The notes under the pieces were generated by a model. It ran no database searches, was not told the origin of the DNA, and saw nothing but the letters and a program-made list of their open reading frames with translations. A DNA stretch of 64,000 bases from an uncultured delta proteobacterium (lineage in GTDB: Bacteria; Desulfobacterota; Binatia; UBA9968): positions 1,216,001-1,280,000 of the forward strand of contig CAVUVW010000013.1 in assembly GCA_963745035.1 (NCBI GenBank), in the 5' to 3' direction. Every line of letters starts with the position of its first letter. Position 1 is the stretch's first letter. Below are positions 30,848 through 41,583 of this stretch, in pieces. Both the position numbers and the translations under genes were made by a program.

Positions 30848-32515
30848 CTACACGCCGTTTTCCGATCGCCACGGCCGCGCTTCCAGCGGCTTCACCGCGA
30901 CTTCGAGTACCGCCGGCCCCTGATGGGCCAACGCCCGATTTAACGCCGGTTTCAATTCATCCGGTTTCTCGACTCGCTCGCCGAAAGCGCCGAGAGCGCG
31001 CGCCACGCCGGCGTAGTCGCCGCGCAGGGCAATGCCGATCTCGTGGCCTTTGAAGCGCTCGTGCAAGGTTTCGCGACTCGCGCCGAGACTTTCGTTATTG
31101 AGAATCACCGTCAAGGTGCGGATCTCGTTGCGCGCCGCGGTTTCGATTTCCATGCCGGTCATGCCGAACGAGCCGTCGCCGGTGAAATTCACCACGGTCT
31201 TGTCGGGATTGCCCAACTTCGCGCCCAAGGCCGCCGGCGTCGACCAGCCCATGGCGCTGGTGCCGCCGAAGCCGATGAAGCCGAGAGGATTCAAAGCTTC
31301 ATAGTGATGCGATACGTAGGCGCGCGTCACTCCCGCGTCGTGCAGCAGGATAGTTTTTTGGCGTCGAGCCGGTGCGTGATATCCCAACACGCGCGATACG
31401 GATTCATCGGAATCTCATTCGAAGTGAGGCGAGGATTCCATGACTCCAACCATTTCCCCTTGAGATCTTTGATTTCCGCGGCAACATCGGCCGCCATGCC
31501 CTTTCGGTACCCACCGAGCTTCTCTGCTCCTCGCTGGAGCAGCGCGCGCAAGAAAAGTTGAATGTCGGAAAGAATCACCAGGTCCGCCGGATAGTTCTTG
31601 TGCAGCTCGGCGGGATCGATATCCACCTGGACGAGCTTGGCGTGCGCCGGCTTGGGCAGCCAGCTCGACGTCGCGTGCTGGCGAAAGGCGCAGCCGAGCG
31701 CGATCACGAGATCGGCTTCTTCGGCGAACTTGCGCGATTGGCCGGTGCTGTAGACCGCGCGCGGGTAGCCGCCGAGACCGAGGCAGAGCGGATGATCCTC
31801 CGGCATCGCGCCTTTTGCCGGAAGCGTCGCCATCACGGGGAGCGTGTAAGTTTCCGAAAGCTTGACGAGATCGTCGGTCGCCCGGGACCAAAGCGCGCCT
31901 CGTCCGGCGTATATCAAAGGCCGTTTCGCGCCTTGCAGTAATTCGATGAGATTGTCGACGTCGTCGGGATCGGGGCCATAGCGCACGCGCCGCGTTTTTG
32001 ATAGGGCGGCAGCTCCGCTTGCGCCATGCTGATATCTTGCGGCACCTCGATGATCACCGGTCCGGGCCGGCCGGATTTGCGACGGTGAAGGCGCGACGAA
32101 AAACTTCCGGAATTCTCTCCGCCGATGGAACGCTGAACGTCCACTTTGCCATGGTTTGAAAAGTGTCGAGGTAAGGAACTTCCTGCAGCATTCCCTTTGC
32201 CAGTTGCTTGCGCGAGCTATGGCCGAAAATCACGACCAGTGGCACGCAGTCGGTGAATGCATTCACGATGGCCGTAAAAGCATTGCAGCGCCCCGGCCCT
32301 TTTGTCACCATCGCGACACCGACCTCGCCCGTGCTGCGCGCATAACCGTCGGCGATATAAACGGTCGCCTGCTCGTGGCGGGTCAGTATAAGTGGCATCT
32401 CTCCGTTTTGATGCAGCGCGTCGAAGATCGGCAGAATGTCGTCTCCCGGGAGCGTCGAAACGAATTTCACTCCCTCGGTCCTGAGAATATCTACGATGGC
32501 ATCGGCAACGCGCAT
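30848..32515 (-). CDS. Thiamine pyrophosphate-binding protein (acetolactate synthase-like); three frameshifts in A runs
   Basis: TRHEQATVYIADGYARSTG, SGRPGPV, RPLIYAGRG, VQVDID and the ThDP motif GDGSFGM...NN, spread over four ORF pieces. Confidence 0.85.
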
Positions 32516-32526
32516 AAGTGGTTTAC

Positions 32527-33528
32527 CTACTTGGTGGCAAATTTTTTGAAGAAGCCCTCTTCCTCGAGTTTACGCACGAATCGGCCGTCGATAAAGTCAT
32601 TGGGGTTCTTGGCTTTCAAAGACGGTTGTTTCTCGGCGAGAAACTCGAGCACGAACTTTATCCCTTCCGGCGACGGCGTGAGATACTGATTCAAAAATTT
32701 TCCCGGGCCTTCCTGGGACTGCGCCAGCGCGGGATCGTCCTTGGGCACGCGCATATACTTCGCGACGACGGGCAAGGTCAGATCCGGTCGCGTCTTGTAG
32801 AGGTAAATGGCTTCGCTGGTCGCGCGCAAAATATTGAGAACCGTATCGGGATGAGCGTCGATGAACCTGCGCGTGCTGACGATCGAAATGACAGGGAAAG
32901 GAAAGTCGAGGCCGGCGAGATCGAAAATCTCGCGATGGCCGGCTTTGGCCGCCGCATGCGACGTCGGCGGAGTCAGCACGCCGGCTTGAAATTTACCCTG
33001 CAACAAACCAGCAAGAACTTCCGGTGATCCGCCGGCGGACAGTACTCCCACGTCGCGGTTGGCGACCCAGCCGAAATGTCTGAGAAACGCCAGCGCAGCG
33101 AAGTAGCTGTTCCCGCCCGCGGCGCCCGCCGCGAGGGTTTTCCCCTTGAGGTCGCTGATCTGCTTGATCTGCGGGCTGGCGTGAATAGCGAAAGTCAGCC
33201 GGGTAAATACCGTGCCCAAGATGGCGATCTCGGCGCCGTTCGCGGCAGCACCAACGGCCGCGGCGCCGCCGACCTGAGAAACATCCACGGACCCGCCAAG
33301 CATCGCTTGTATCGGGCGAGATCCTCCGACGTAGACCAATTCAGAATCGTAGCCGTACTTTTCGAAAAGCTTCAGCTCTTGGGCGATCCAGAACGGCGGG
33401 TTCGCATACGCGAAGGCGCTAAATGCAAGCCTGAGTTTCTTCGGCTGGGCGCCGTGCAGAGGCAACGGCGCTAGAATGCACAGAGCCGCAAAAGTGCCAT
33501 AGATAAACCACGTCACACGCCTTTTCAT
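32527..33528 (-). CDS. ABC transporter substrate-binding protein (NitT/TauT-like)
   Basis: Signal peptide; FWIAQELKLFEKYG, DLKGKT and LEEEGFF motifs. Confidence 0.87.
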   Translation of the reverse strand: MKRRVTWFIYGTFAALCILAPLPLHGAQPKKLRLAFSAFAYANPPFWIAQELKLFEKYGYDSELVYVGGSRPIQAMLGGSVDVSQVGGAAAVGAAANGAEIAILGTVFTRLTFAIHASPQIKQISDLKGKTLAAGAAGGNSYFAALAFLRHFGWVANRDVGVLSAGGSPEVLAGLLQGKFQAGVLTPPTSHAAAKAGHREIFDLAGLDFPFPVISIVSTRRFIDAHPDTVLNILRATSEAIYLYKTRPDLTLPVVAKYMRVPKDDPALAQSQEGPGKFLNQYLTPSPEGIKFVLEFLAEKQPSLKAKNPNDFIDGRFVRKLEEEGFFKKFATK

Positions 33529-33624
33529 CGGAACCACAACTGCAAGGAAATGCCAGACACATATTTCCAAACATTGCCGCAGTCAAGGTTGGATTCCGAC
33601 AAACCAAGCGCCCGAGGAGAATGA

Positions 33625-35467
33625 TCAATCCTCCTCGCGCCATGATCTCAAGACGTGAACGATCTGATCGACGCAGGCTTCCGGTCTTGTGCCCAAGGTT
33701 CGGAGATGTATTTCCGGGGCGAGCGGCGCTTCGTAGTCGCTGTCGATGCCGGTGAAATTTTTCAGCTCGCCGCGCCGGGCTTTCGCGTAAAGACCTTTGA
33801 CATCGCGGCGCTCGCACTCTTCGAGCGGCGTATCGACAAAAACCTCGACGAACTCGCCGCCGTCAAACAGACCCCGCGCCAGCTCGCGCTCGGCTCGATA
33901 GGGCGAGATGAAGGCGACGATGACGATCAATCCGGCATCGACGAGAAGCTTCGCGACCTCGCCGACCCGGCGGATGTTTTCCACCCGGTCCTCTTCGGTA
34001 AATCCCAAATCCCGGTTGAGCCCATGGCGGACGTTATCGCCGTCGAGAATGTAGGTGTGTTTGCCGGCGGCGTGCAGGCGCTTTTCCAGGAGATTGGCGA
34101 TGGTCGATTTTCCCGAGCCTGAAAGTCCAGTGAACCACAGGCAGCGGGCTCGCTGGTACTTCATCTCGGCGCGGGCGATTTTAGTCACTTCCAGCGCTTG
34201 CCAATGGACATTGATCGCCCGACGCAACGCGAAATGGATCATGCCCGCGCCCACTGTTTCGTTGGTGAGCTTGTCGATGATGATGAATGCGCCCAGCCGT
34301 TTATTCTCGCGGTACGGCGCGTAGGGAACGAAGCGATCGAAACTTACGTTGACCGTCGCGATCTCATTCAAAGTCAGCGTCTTGGCCGCCAGATGGGCGC
34401 CGGTGTTGATGTCGAGATGATGTTTGATGTGAGTGATGCTTACGCTAGCCGACTTGCTATGGATCAGCGCGGCGTAAGGGCGGCCGGGCAGCATCGGGTG
34501 ATCGCTCATCCAGAGAACATCGGCCTCGAACTGGTCGGCCGACTCCACCGGGTGAGATGCGGCCGCGATCACATCGCCGCGGCTCGCGTCGACTTCGTCT
34601 TCCAAAACCAATGTCACTGAGTCTCCCGCCGTCGCCGCCGCTTTTTCGCCGCCCCAGACCGCGATTCGTTTGACGCGGCTGGAGACGCCGGATGGGCTGA
34701 TTCGCACGCTGTCACCGGCCCTCACCGAACCACTGGCGATCCGGCCGGAAAAACCGCGGAAGTCGAGATTCGGCCGATTCACCCACTGCACCGGCATGGC
34801 GAACGGCTGCTGAACACCGACCGTCTTCCGTTTTCACGTCTTCGAGCCACTGGAGTAGGCTCGGGCCGCCGTACCACGGCATAGCCGTCCGTCCCGCTTC
34901 GACGACGTTGTGCCCCTCTAACGCCGACAAGGGTATAGCGGTGATCGTCTCGAAACCTAGATCTTGGGCGAAGCGGCGAAAGACAAGTTCGATTTCATCG
35001 AAGGTCTGCTGCGACCAGTCGACGAGGTCCATCTTGTTGATCGCCAGCGCCACTTGGCGGATTCCGAGCATCGAGACGATGCGGGAGTGACGCTTGGTCT
35101 GCGTCAAAATTCCCTTGCGCGCGTCGACCAGCAACACAGCGGCCTGCGCGGTCGAAGCGCCGGTCGCCATGTTGCGCGTGTACTGTTCATGACCCGGCGT
35201 ATCGGCAACGATGAAGCGGCGGTGCGTCGTGGAGAAGAACCGATAGGCGACGTCGATGGTGATCTTTTGCTCGCGTTCTGCCTGCAGGCCGTCGACCAGC
35301 AGGGCAAAATCCAAGCGCTCGCCCTGAGTGCCGAATTTCTTCGAGTCCGCCTTGAGCGCCTCCAGTTGGTCTTCGAAAATCAGCTTGGTCTCGTAGAGCA
35401 GCCGGCCGATCAAGGTCGATTTGCCGTCATCCACGCTGCCGCAGGTAATGAACCGCAGGGTATCCAT
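33625..35467 (-). CDS. cysNC: Bifunctional sulfate adenylyltransferase subunit 1 / adenylyl-sulfate kinase; frameshift near 34810
   Basis: [29 protein letters not shown] and NKMD in the GTPase domain. [22 protein letters not shown] and NFTGIDS in the kinase domain. Confidence 0.93.
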
Positions 35468-36366
35468 CAGAAATACCCTTCCTGCTTCTTGCGCTCCATG
35501 GAGCCGGCGCCGTCGTGATCGATGATGCGCCCCTGGCGCTCGGAGGTTGTCGCTCCCAAAGTTTCCGCCACGATCTCGTCCAAGGTGGCTGCGCTACTCT
35601 CGATGCCTGCGCTCAGAGGATAACAACCGAGTGTGCGAAACCGCACCATGCGTATTTCCGGAGTTTCGCCCGGTTCGAGCGGCAGCCGCTCGTCGTCGAC
35701 GAGAATCCACTGGCCGAAGCGCTTCACGACCGGCCGTTCCTTGGCGAAGTAGAGCGGCACGATGGGTATATTTTCCAGGCGAATGTATTGCCAAACGTCG
35801 GCTTCGGTCCAATTGGAAAGCGGGAAAACCCGGATGGTTTCGCCGGCATTGATCCTGGTGTTGTAAAGAGTCCACAGCTCGGGGCGCTGCGCCTTGGGCT
35901 CCCAACGGTGACCGGGCGCGCGAAACGAAAAAATGCGCTCTTTGGCGCGGGATTTCTCCTCGTCGCGGCGGGCGCCGCCGAACGCCACGTCGAAGCCGTG
36001 CAGGTCGAGCGCTTGCTTGAGCGCCTCGGTTTTCATGACGTCGGTGTGGTACGCCGACCCGTGGGTGATCGGGTTGACGCCCTCTGCAGCGCCGCGCGGA
36101 TTGGTGTAGGTGATCAGCTTAAAACCGACTTCTTTGGCGGTGCGATCGCGAAACGTGATCATCTCGCGAAATTTCCAGCCGGTATCGATATGCATCAAGG
36201 GGAATGGAATGGGTCCGGGATAAAAGGCCTTCTGCGCCAGGCGCAGCATGACCGACGAATCTTTGCCGATCGAATACAGCATGACCGGCTTGGCGGCCGT
36301 CGCCGCGACTTCACGGAAGATCTCAATCGACTCGGACTCGAGCTCTGAAAAAGTACCGTCAATCAT
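35467..36366 (-). CDS. cysD: Sulfate adenylyltransferase subunit 2
   Basis: [35 protein letters not shown] and [11 protein letters not shown] motifs; TGATG overlap with cysNC. Confidence 0.96.
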   Translation of the reverse strand: MIDGTFSELESESIEIFREVAATAAKPVMLYSIGKDSSVMLRLAQKAFYPGPIPFPLMHIDTGWKFREMITFRDRTAKEVGFKLITYTNPRGAAEGVNPITHGSAYHTDVMKTEALKQALDLHGFDVAFGGARRDEEKSRAKERIFSFRAPGHRWEPKAQRPELWTLYNTRINAGETIRVFPLSNWTEADVWQYIRLENIPIVPLYFAKERPVVKRFGQWILVDDERLPLEPGETPEIRMVRFRTLGCYPLSAGIESSAATLDEIVAETLGATTSERQGRIIDHDGAGSMERKKQEGYF

Positions 36367-36487
36367 CGTGCGAAATTCAATTTCTCATGCCAACTTCGAC
36401 CCTGTCCGTGGGCGTCCGCGACGCCGGCGCAACCGCGCTTCCCACGTTTTTACTAAACCTGGCGTCAATTTCCCACTGCGGAATTAC

Positions 36488-37345
36488 TCACGGCTTGGCA
36501 GCGCGCTTTGCGCTCAAGATATGCGATGCGGAAGCGGCAACTTCGGCAATCAGGGACCCCATCTTGGCATGCTCCGGTTCTATATCTGGCTTGAGACCGA
36601 ATTCTTGCAAGACCTGCGTGCAAATCGGACCGACCGAGCCGATAGCCAGATTCTTGCAGGCAAGACGAAGCCTTTCGTCGGCTTTGTCGTAAGCTGCCAA
36701 CTTGAATAAATGCTCGACTTGAGCGCCATTGGTGAAAAGCACCACTTGGACGTCGCCGAGCAAGATAGTTTCAATCGCGCCACGTAACGGCGCAAGATCC
36801 TCCGGCAAGGCCCAACGGTAAACGGCGATTGTCTTCACCGTCGCCCCTCGTTGCTCCAAGCCGGAAACAAGTTCCTGATTCGGGATGCCGTATTCCTGAA
36901 CAGCGATGTGCTTGCCATCGATCGACGCGGCCGCATCGAGGGCGGCGAGCACTTCGCGCCAGGTATTGGGCTCGAGCACCGTGATTGCCGGCTCCAAACC
37001 CAATTCTCTAAGCGCCGCAACGGGCTTTGGTCCGCGTGCGACAAGCCGCGGTTTTCGTAGCGCGGCGAGGATTCTTTCCTTGGGATATTGGGTGAGCAGT
37101 GCCTGATGGAGTGTCCGCGTGCCGACGCCCGTCATCAAGATGAGAATGTCAAAATTACCGGCTTCGATCTCCGGCAGGAATTCGATCGCGGCGCGATTCT
37201 CGGTGAGCGGCACTTCGCGCATCGATGGCGCGACGATCGGCTCGCCGCCATAACGACGGATCAGCTCCGCCATTTCTTTGGCGCGCCGGCTCTCAAAGGA
37301 GACGACTTTAAGTCCGTGCAGGTTCTCGCGAGTGTCGGCTGTCAT
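36488..37345 (-). CDS. hemD: Uroporphyrinogen-III synthase
   Basis: ILMTGVG, VARGPKP, IAVQEYG, VYRWALP, FTNGAQV and SVGPIC motifs; lies among siroheme genes. Confidence 0.85.
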   Translation of the reverse strand: MTADTRENLHGLKVVSFESRRAKEMAELIRRYGGEPIVAPSMREVPLTENRAAIEFLPEIEAGNFDILILMTGVGTRTLHQALLTQYPKERILAALRKPRLVARGPKPVAALRELGLEPAITVLEPNTWREVLAALDAAASIDGKHIAVQEYGIPNQELVSGLEQRGATVKTIAVYRWALPEDLAPLRGAIETILLGDVQVVLFTNGAQVEHLFKLAAYDKADERLRLACKNLAIGSVGPICTQVLQEFGLKPDIEPEHAKMGSLIAEVAASASHILSAKRAAKP

Positions 37346-38105
37346 AACGCGGCTGGTGCTCGGCTTCCGGGACGAACCACTCTAGCTTATCCGATAATGA
37401 AACGACATCGCCGACGACAATGACCGCGGGTGGATCGATCAGGGCGCTCTTCTCGACGATGTCCGACAACGTTCCCACCACAGCTTGCTGTTCGCTCGTG
37501 GTTCCCGATCGAATCACGCTCACGGGAGTCTGCGCCGACCGGCCGTGCTCGATCAGCTTTCTGACGATAAGGGGGAGATTCGTGAGACCCATGAGGATAA
37601 CCAAGGTATCCACAGCGGTTGCGAGCTTGGCCCAGTCCACCGTCGAATTCGGCTTACGCGCTTCATGGCCGGTAACTACGGCGAAGGACGACGCGAATTT
37701 CCGGTGAGTGAGTGGAATACCGGCATACGCCGGCACGGCAACGGCCGAGCTTACGCCCGGGACGATTTCAAAGGGAATAGCAGCGTCAGCCAGCGCTTCG
37801 GCTTCTTCGCCACCGCGGCCGAACACGAAGGGATCGCCCCCTTTCAATCGAACGACGTCGTGACCCGCGCGGGCGTGCGCGATGAGAACGCCGTTGATTT
37901 CCTCCTGAGCGATGCAGTGCCGGCCGGCCCGCTTACCGACAAAGATCCTGATCGTTTGCGGTGCCGCCTCTTCCAAGAGCGCCGCATTGACCAATTGGTC
38001 GTACACGATCACCTGGGCATGCCGCAGCAGATCCAGACCACGAACTGTCAGCAATCCAGGATCGCCCGGGCCGGCGCCGACGAGATAAACTTTTCCGGTC
38101 GTCAT
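37308..38105 (-). CDS. cobA: Uroporphyrinogen-III C-methyltransferase
   Basis: VYLVGAGPGDPGLLT, VVRLKGGDPFVFGRGGEE and VPGVSSA motifs. Confidence 0.95.
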   Translation of the reverse strand: MTTGKVYLVGAGPGDPGLLTVRGLDLLRHAQVIVYDQLVNAALLEEAAPQTIRIFVGKRAGRHCIAQEEINGVLIAHARAGHDVVRLKGGDPFVFGRGGEEAEALADAAIPFEIVPGVSSAVAVPAYAGIPLTHRKFASSFAVVTGHEARKPNSTVDWAKLATAVDTLVILMGLTNLPLIVRKLIEHGRSAQTPVSVIRSGTTSEQQAVVGTLSDIVEKSALIDPPAVIVVGDVVSLSDKLEWFVPEAEHQPRYDSRHSREPART

Positions 38106-38732
38106 ATGGCCACTCCGAGCTCTTTGAATAACTGGCTTTTCGCTCGCGCCACGTCGCCGCGCATCAGGAATTGCCGCACATCGCCGCTGAGCGCTTTCCG
38201 CCAAGTCTCGAAGGACACGTCGAGCGACCGTCGGTGCACCTCGACCCTTGCCTCGGCGGCAAGCTTCGCCAACTGCTCGTACTCCTGGCTAAGATGAATC
38301 TCGAGTTCCTCGCGGATCGTCCGGGCCAGCGCAGGACTGCCGCCTCCGCTCGACACTGCTACGGTCAGCTCGCCGCGGCGCAATACCGAGGGAAGAATGA
38401 AATCGCAATGCGCCGGATCGTCGGCCGCATTGACCCACACGCCGCGCTCCCGGCCCTCGTTGTGCACGTCGGCGGCTACTTGTTCATCGGCAGCGGCCAC
38501 AAAGGCGATTTCATATCCCGCCAAATCGCCGGGCCGATAGCGCCGGGCGATCACTTGGATTGTTCCTTCCTTCGACCAACGCGCGATTCTTTCGGTAATA
38601 TCGGGGCTGATGACCATCACTTGCGCGCCGGCATCGAGCAGGCTTGCAATTTTCCGCTCCGCCACCATGCCGACCGCCGATAACTAGGGCGCGCCGTCCG
38701 CTCATTTCCAGAAATACGGGAAAGTAACTCAT
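38102..38732 (-). CDS. Precorrin-2 dehydrogenase/sirohydrochlorin ferrochelatase (SirC/CysG N-domain); frameshift near 38675
   Basis: MSYFPVFL...LVIGGG, AERK, VNAADDPAHCDFILP and VSSGGGSPALAR motifs; ATGA overlap with cobA. Confidence 0.9.
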
Positions 38733-38806
38733 GACTGTCTCCGGGAGATTTTCTTTCTGCACTCTACTACACCGCCCAACGGAGACAACCGACTCTCTCA
38801 CCAGAC

Positions 38807-39046
38807 TTAGGCCTGGCTCAGTTCACTCTGATAGACAAACTCTTCGAGTTCTTCGACGATCGTGGTGTACGGCAAGTCGGCGTGCAGATCGAACAAGGAG
38901 TCTAGACGGAATTGCGTTTGTGGCGTTCTCTGACTCGCGTTGGCAGGCGTAGCCGTTGGGCTCCCTTGTACTGAAGGAGGATCGTCGGATAGGCCGTATC
39001 CCCTACCGTCGATCATCGGCTCATGTTTTAACCAGCGAGGTTGCAT
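38807..39046 (-). CDS. Small hypothetical protein inside the cys/siroheme operon
   Basis: 79-aa ORF with an AGGAG RBS right after the cysH stop; no recognisable motif. Confidence 0.45.
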   Translation of the reverse strand: MQPRWLKHEPMIDGRGYGLSDDPPSVQGSPTATPANASQRTPQTQFRLDSLFDLHADLPYTTIVEELEEFVYQSELSQA

Positions 39047-39060
39047 CTAACTCTCCTAAG

Positions 39061-39777
39061 CTAGGCGCTCTTCACGTGCAATCCGCACTCGCGGGTTTCG
39101 GGATTTTCCCACCACCACCTGCCGGCGCGGTTGTCCTCGATCGCTTGGACGGCCCGCGTGCACGGCGCGCAGCCGATGCTCGGATAGCCGCGATCGTGCA
39201 GGCGATTATAAGGCAGTTTGTTTTGACGGATGTAGTCCCAGATCTGCCGCCCGGTCCAGTCCGCCAGTGGGTTGATCTTCACAATACCGCCGTGCTCGGC
39301 GTCAACCTCGACTTTTTGTACTTCCGCGCGAGTGACGGCCTGTTCCCGGCGCAGTCCGGTTATCCAGCAATTCAAACCGCTGAGCGCTCGTTTGAGCGGT
39401 TCGACTTTCCGGAAGCCGCAGCATAATTTCCGCTTCTCGATGGAATCGTAAAATAGGTTCATCCCATGTTGCCGGACCATATCTTCAACTTGCGCCGCAT
39501 CGGGAAAGAAAACCTCGACCTCGATTCCATAGCGAGCGCGAATCGCTTCCATGCAGTCATAGGTTTCTTGGTTGAGCCGTCCGGTATCCAGAGTGAATAA
39601 CCGGAAATCATTGCCGCGCAGGCGATGAATAAGATCGATCAACACCGATCCTTCGGCTTGAAAAGACAAGCCAACGCGAGCTCGCGGATGAAACTTCGCG
39701 AAGCTCCACGACAAAAGATCCGTCGTGGAATAATCGCTCGCCGCTTCCAACTCCTTCGGCAATTTGATCTGTCTCAC
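39061..39777 (-). CDS. cysH: Adenylyl-sulfate (APS)/PAPS reductase, [4Fe-4S] APS-reductase type
   Basis: LDTG, CCGFRKVEPL, GYPSIGCAPCT, RAGRWWWE and ECGLH motifs. Confidence 0.93.
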   Translation of the reverse strand: MRQIKLPKELEAASDYSTTDLLSWSFAKFHPRARVGLSFQAEGSVLIDLIHRLRGNDFRLFTLDTGRLNQETYDCMEAIRARYGIEVEVFFPDAAQVEDMVRQHGMNLFYDSIEKRKLCCGFRKVEPLKRALSGLNCWITGLRREQAVTRAEVQKVEVDAEHGGIVKINPLADWTGRQIWDYIRQNKLPYNRLHDRGYPSIGCAPCTRAVQAIEDNRAGRWWWENPETRECGLHVKSA

Positions 39778-39810
39778 GCGCGGCCTCTTTAGCGCACCAC
39801 CTGCGTATTC

Positions 39811-39830
39811 TTGATGTAGTTAGTCAGATA
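39811..39830. promoter_or_regulatory. Candidate Rrf2-family operator upstream of cysH
   Basis: TTGATGTAGTTAGTCAGATA, 17/20 identical to 43912-43931. Confidence 0.6.
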
Positions 39831-40030
39831 ACTCAGGAAATTGCAACAAATCTGATCAAGAAACTTATGAAACTCTCCGCAGACGTTTTGCGGGATCGGC
39901 TTAAGAGACGTAAGCGGTTGAATTAGTGGGGTTATTCCGACCGATCACTAGGAAAGAGATTCATGAGCGATGACCAGTGCATTGCTGTCAGCTCCGGACC
40001 GGCCGCGCCGCACACAGTGCCTCTGCCCGC

Positions 40031-40844
40031 TCAAGAATTGAAAAAGGCAAAGGCCCGCATTTCGATGCTTTGGCGCGGCGGCGCGCCTGCAGGGGTTGCC
40101 GGATCATGGAAGGAGGTGTGCGCAGTGAAGCGCGCTCGACCGTCTTTCTCGGAATCGATACACTTTGAAAACGATCGCCTCGTCCGGACGCATCGCAGGA
40201 AAATAGATCCAACGATGGCTGGGATTGTATTTGAGCCTGTAGGTCTGGCCGACCCTATGTGGATAACGCCGCTCCGCCACCATCAAATCGTCCAACGCAA
40301 CACTTTGGGCATCGGCGAGAGCAAGTGGATTGGCTTGTATCGGCCGATGAATCGCGCGCCAAACTTGAATGATCGCAAAGCGCCGCTTGAGCAGTTCATC
40401 GGCTTCGTCGGGAAGAATCTCGCGCAGTCGGTTCGGTCCGGACCATTCGGTATAATCGTTGTGCGCTTGCAGAACCGGATTGCGGACAAGCTTTTCTTCT
40501 CGCTCCGTCTCATCGCCCGAGCGCAGTGCATGATCGAAGATCACCACCCGCGACGCTCCCGACTCGCGCCGGATCAATTCGACGATTTCCGGGTAGTAGA
40601 TCGACTTGACCTGGTTCTCGTCAAAGAAATCCTTCACCTTCGTTTTGTGTTCCACAAAAACGAGCCCCTCATTGTCCAACGAAAGCGTATCGGCAAGAAT
40701 TCGTCCGTTTCGCACGGTCATGGGTTTCAGCTCGACCGTGCCGGTGCGGCGCCCGTGGATATTTTTCGGACCGAACGACTCATTGATCAATGTCTCGCCG
40801 TTATCGATCGTGTAGGGGATTTCAGCAGTGATCGCATCGGCCAT
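40031..40844 (-). CDS. CmcJ/NvfI/AsaB-like putative non-heme oxygenase; frameshift near 40160
   Basis: YYPE, IFDH, AHNDYT, IIQVWR, PLALADA and HRWIYFP motifs. The shifted tail reads YDS...FTAHTSF...PPRQSIEMR. Confidence 0.78.
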
Positions 40845-40987
40845 TGTCTAGGCTCCTTTCCTTAAACAGCATCCTACGACTCGAGCCGCCGTTCAAGCCG
40901 CTCAACAAAGTGCGCCCGCGGAACCTATTTCTCCAACGCAGCCCCGACGCGAGCCACAAGATAGGCCGATCCAACTAAGCAAGCTGC

Positions 40988-41563
40988 CTAATTCCCGCGC
41001 AAAGATTCCAACGCTTGGCGGAGATCGACGGCAGCTGCTGTTTTGACCCTGACGTTCAGGCGCTGGCGCGCATCTTCATCCCGCTCGATATCAACCGAAG
41101 AAGTCCCGAACAGCTCCTGCGCGATAGTCGTCACATCGCCTTTGATTTCGTTAAACGATTGCTCTGAATTGGCGACCATCAGACGGTCATTCAACGAAAT
41201 CACCGCTTCGTTTGCGGCAAAGCGCACTTTGCCCCGCAGCGCTGGCTCTTCTTCGAGCTTGCGGCAATTTTCCAGCGCGGATCGCAGGACGGCGCGAATT
41301 TTCTCCCGGTTGGAACCGCTCAGCGGCGCTTTCTGACAAAAGAGCAAGCCGCGCCGGTTCTGTGTCTCGTCAATGCTCACGTTGGCGTCGTTGGCGACGA
41401 GAACGATGCCTGGCCCCGCCTGCATGTGGCTGTAGTCGGCGACGTCGTGATACTCGCCGTCCGTCGCCTGGATCCAGCCGTGGAAAACGTCGATGAAGTC
41501 GGTCAGCGGAATCGGATTCGGCTGCTCGACGAAAACTTTGACGTTGAGTTTTTGCAGGTCCAT
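40988..41563 (-). CDS. Hypothetical protein directly downstream of the sulfite/nitrite reductase
   Basis: 191-aa ORF 20 bp after the reductase stop, with an AAGGTG RBS and FHGWIQ / DVADYSH motifs. Confidence 0.75.
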   Translation of the reverse strand: MDLQKLNVKVFVEQPNPIPLTDFIDVFHGWIQATDGEYHDVADYSHMQAGPGIVLVANDANVSIDETQNRRGLLFCQKAPLSGSNREKIRAVLRSALENCRKLEEEPALRGKVRFAANEAVISLNDRLMVANSEQSFNEIKGDVTTIAQELFGTSSVDIERDEDARQRLNVRVKTAAAVDLRQALESLRGN

Positions 41564-41583
41564 TTTAGTTTAGCACCTTACCG

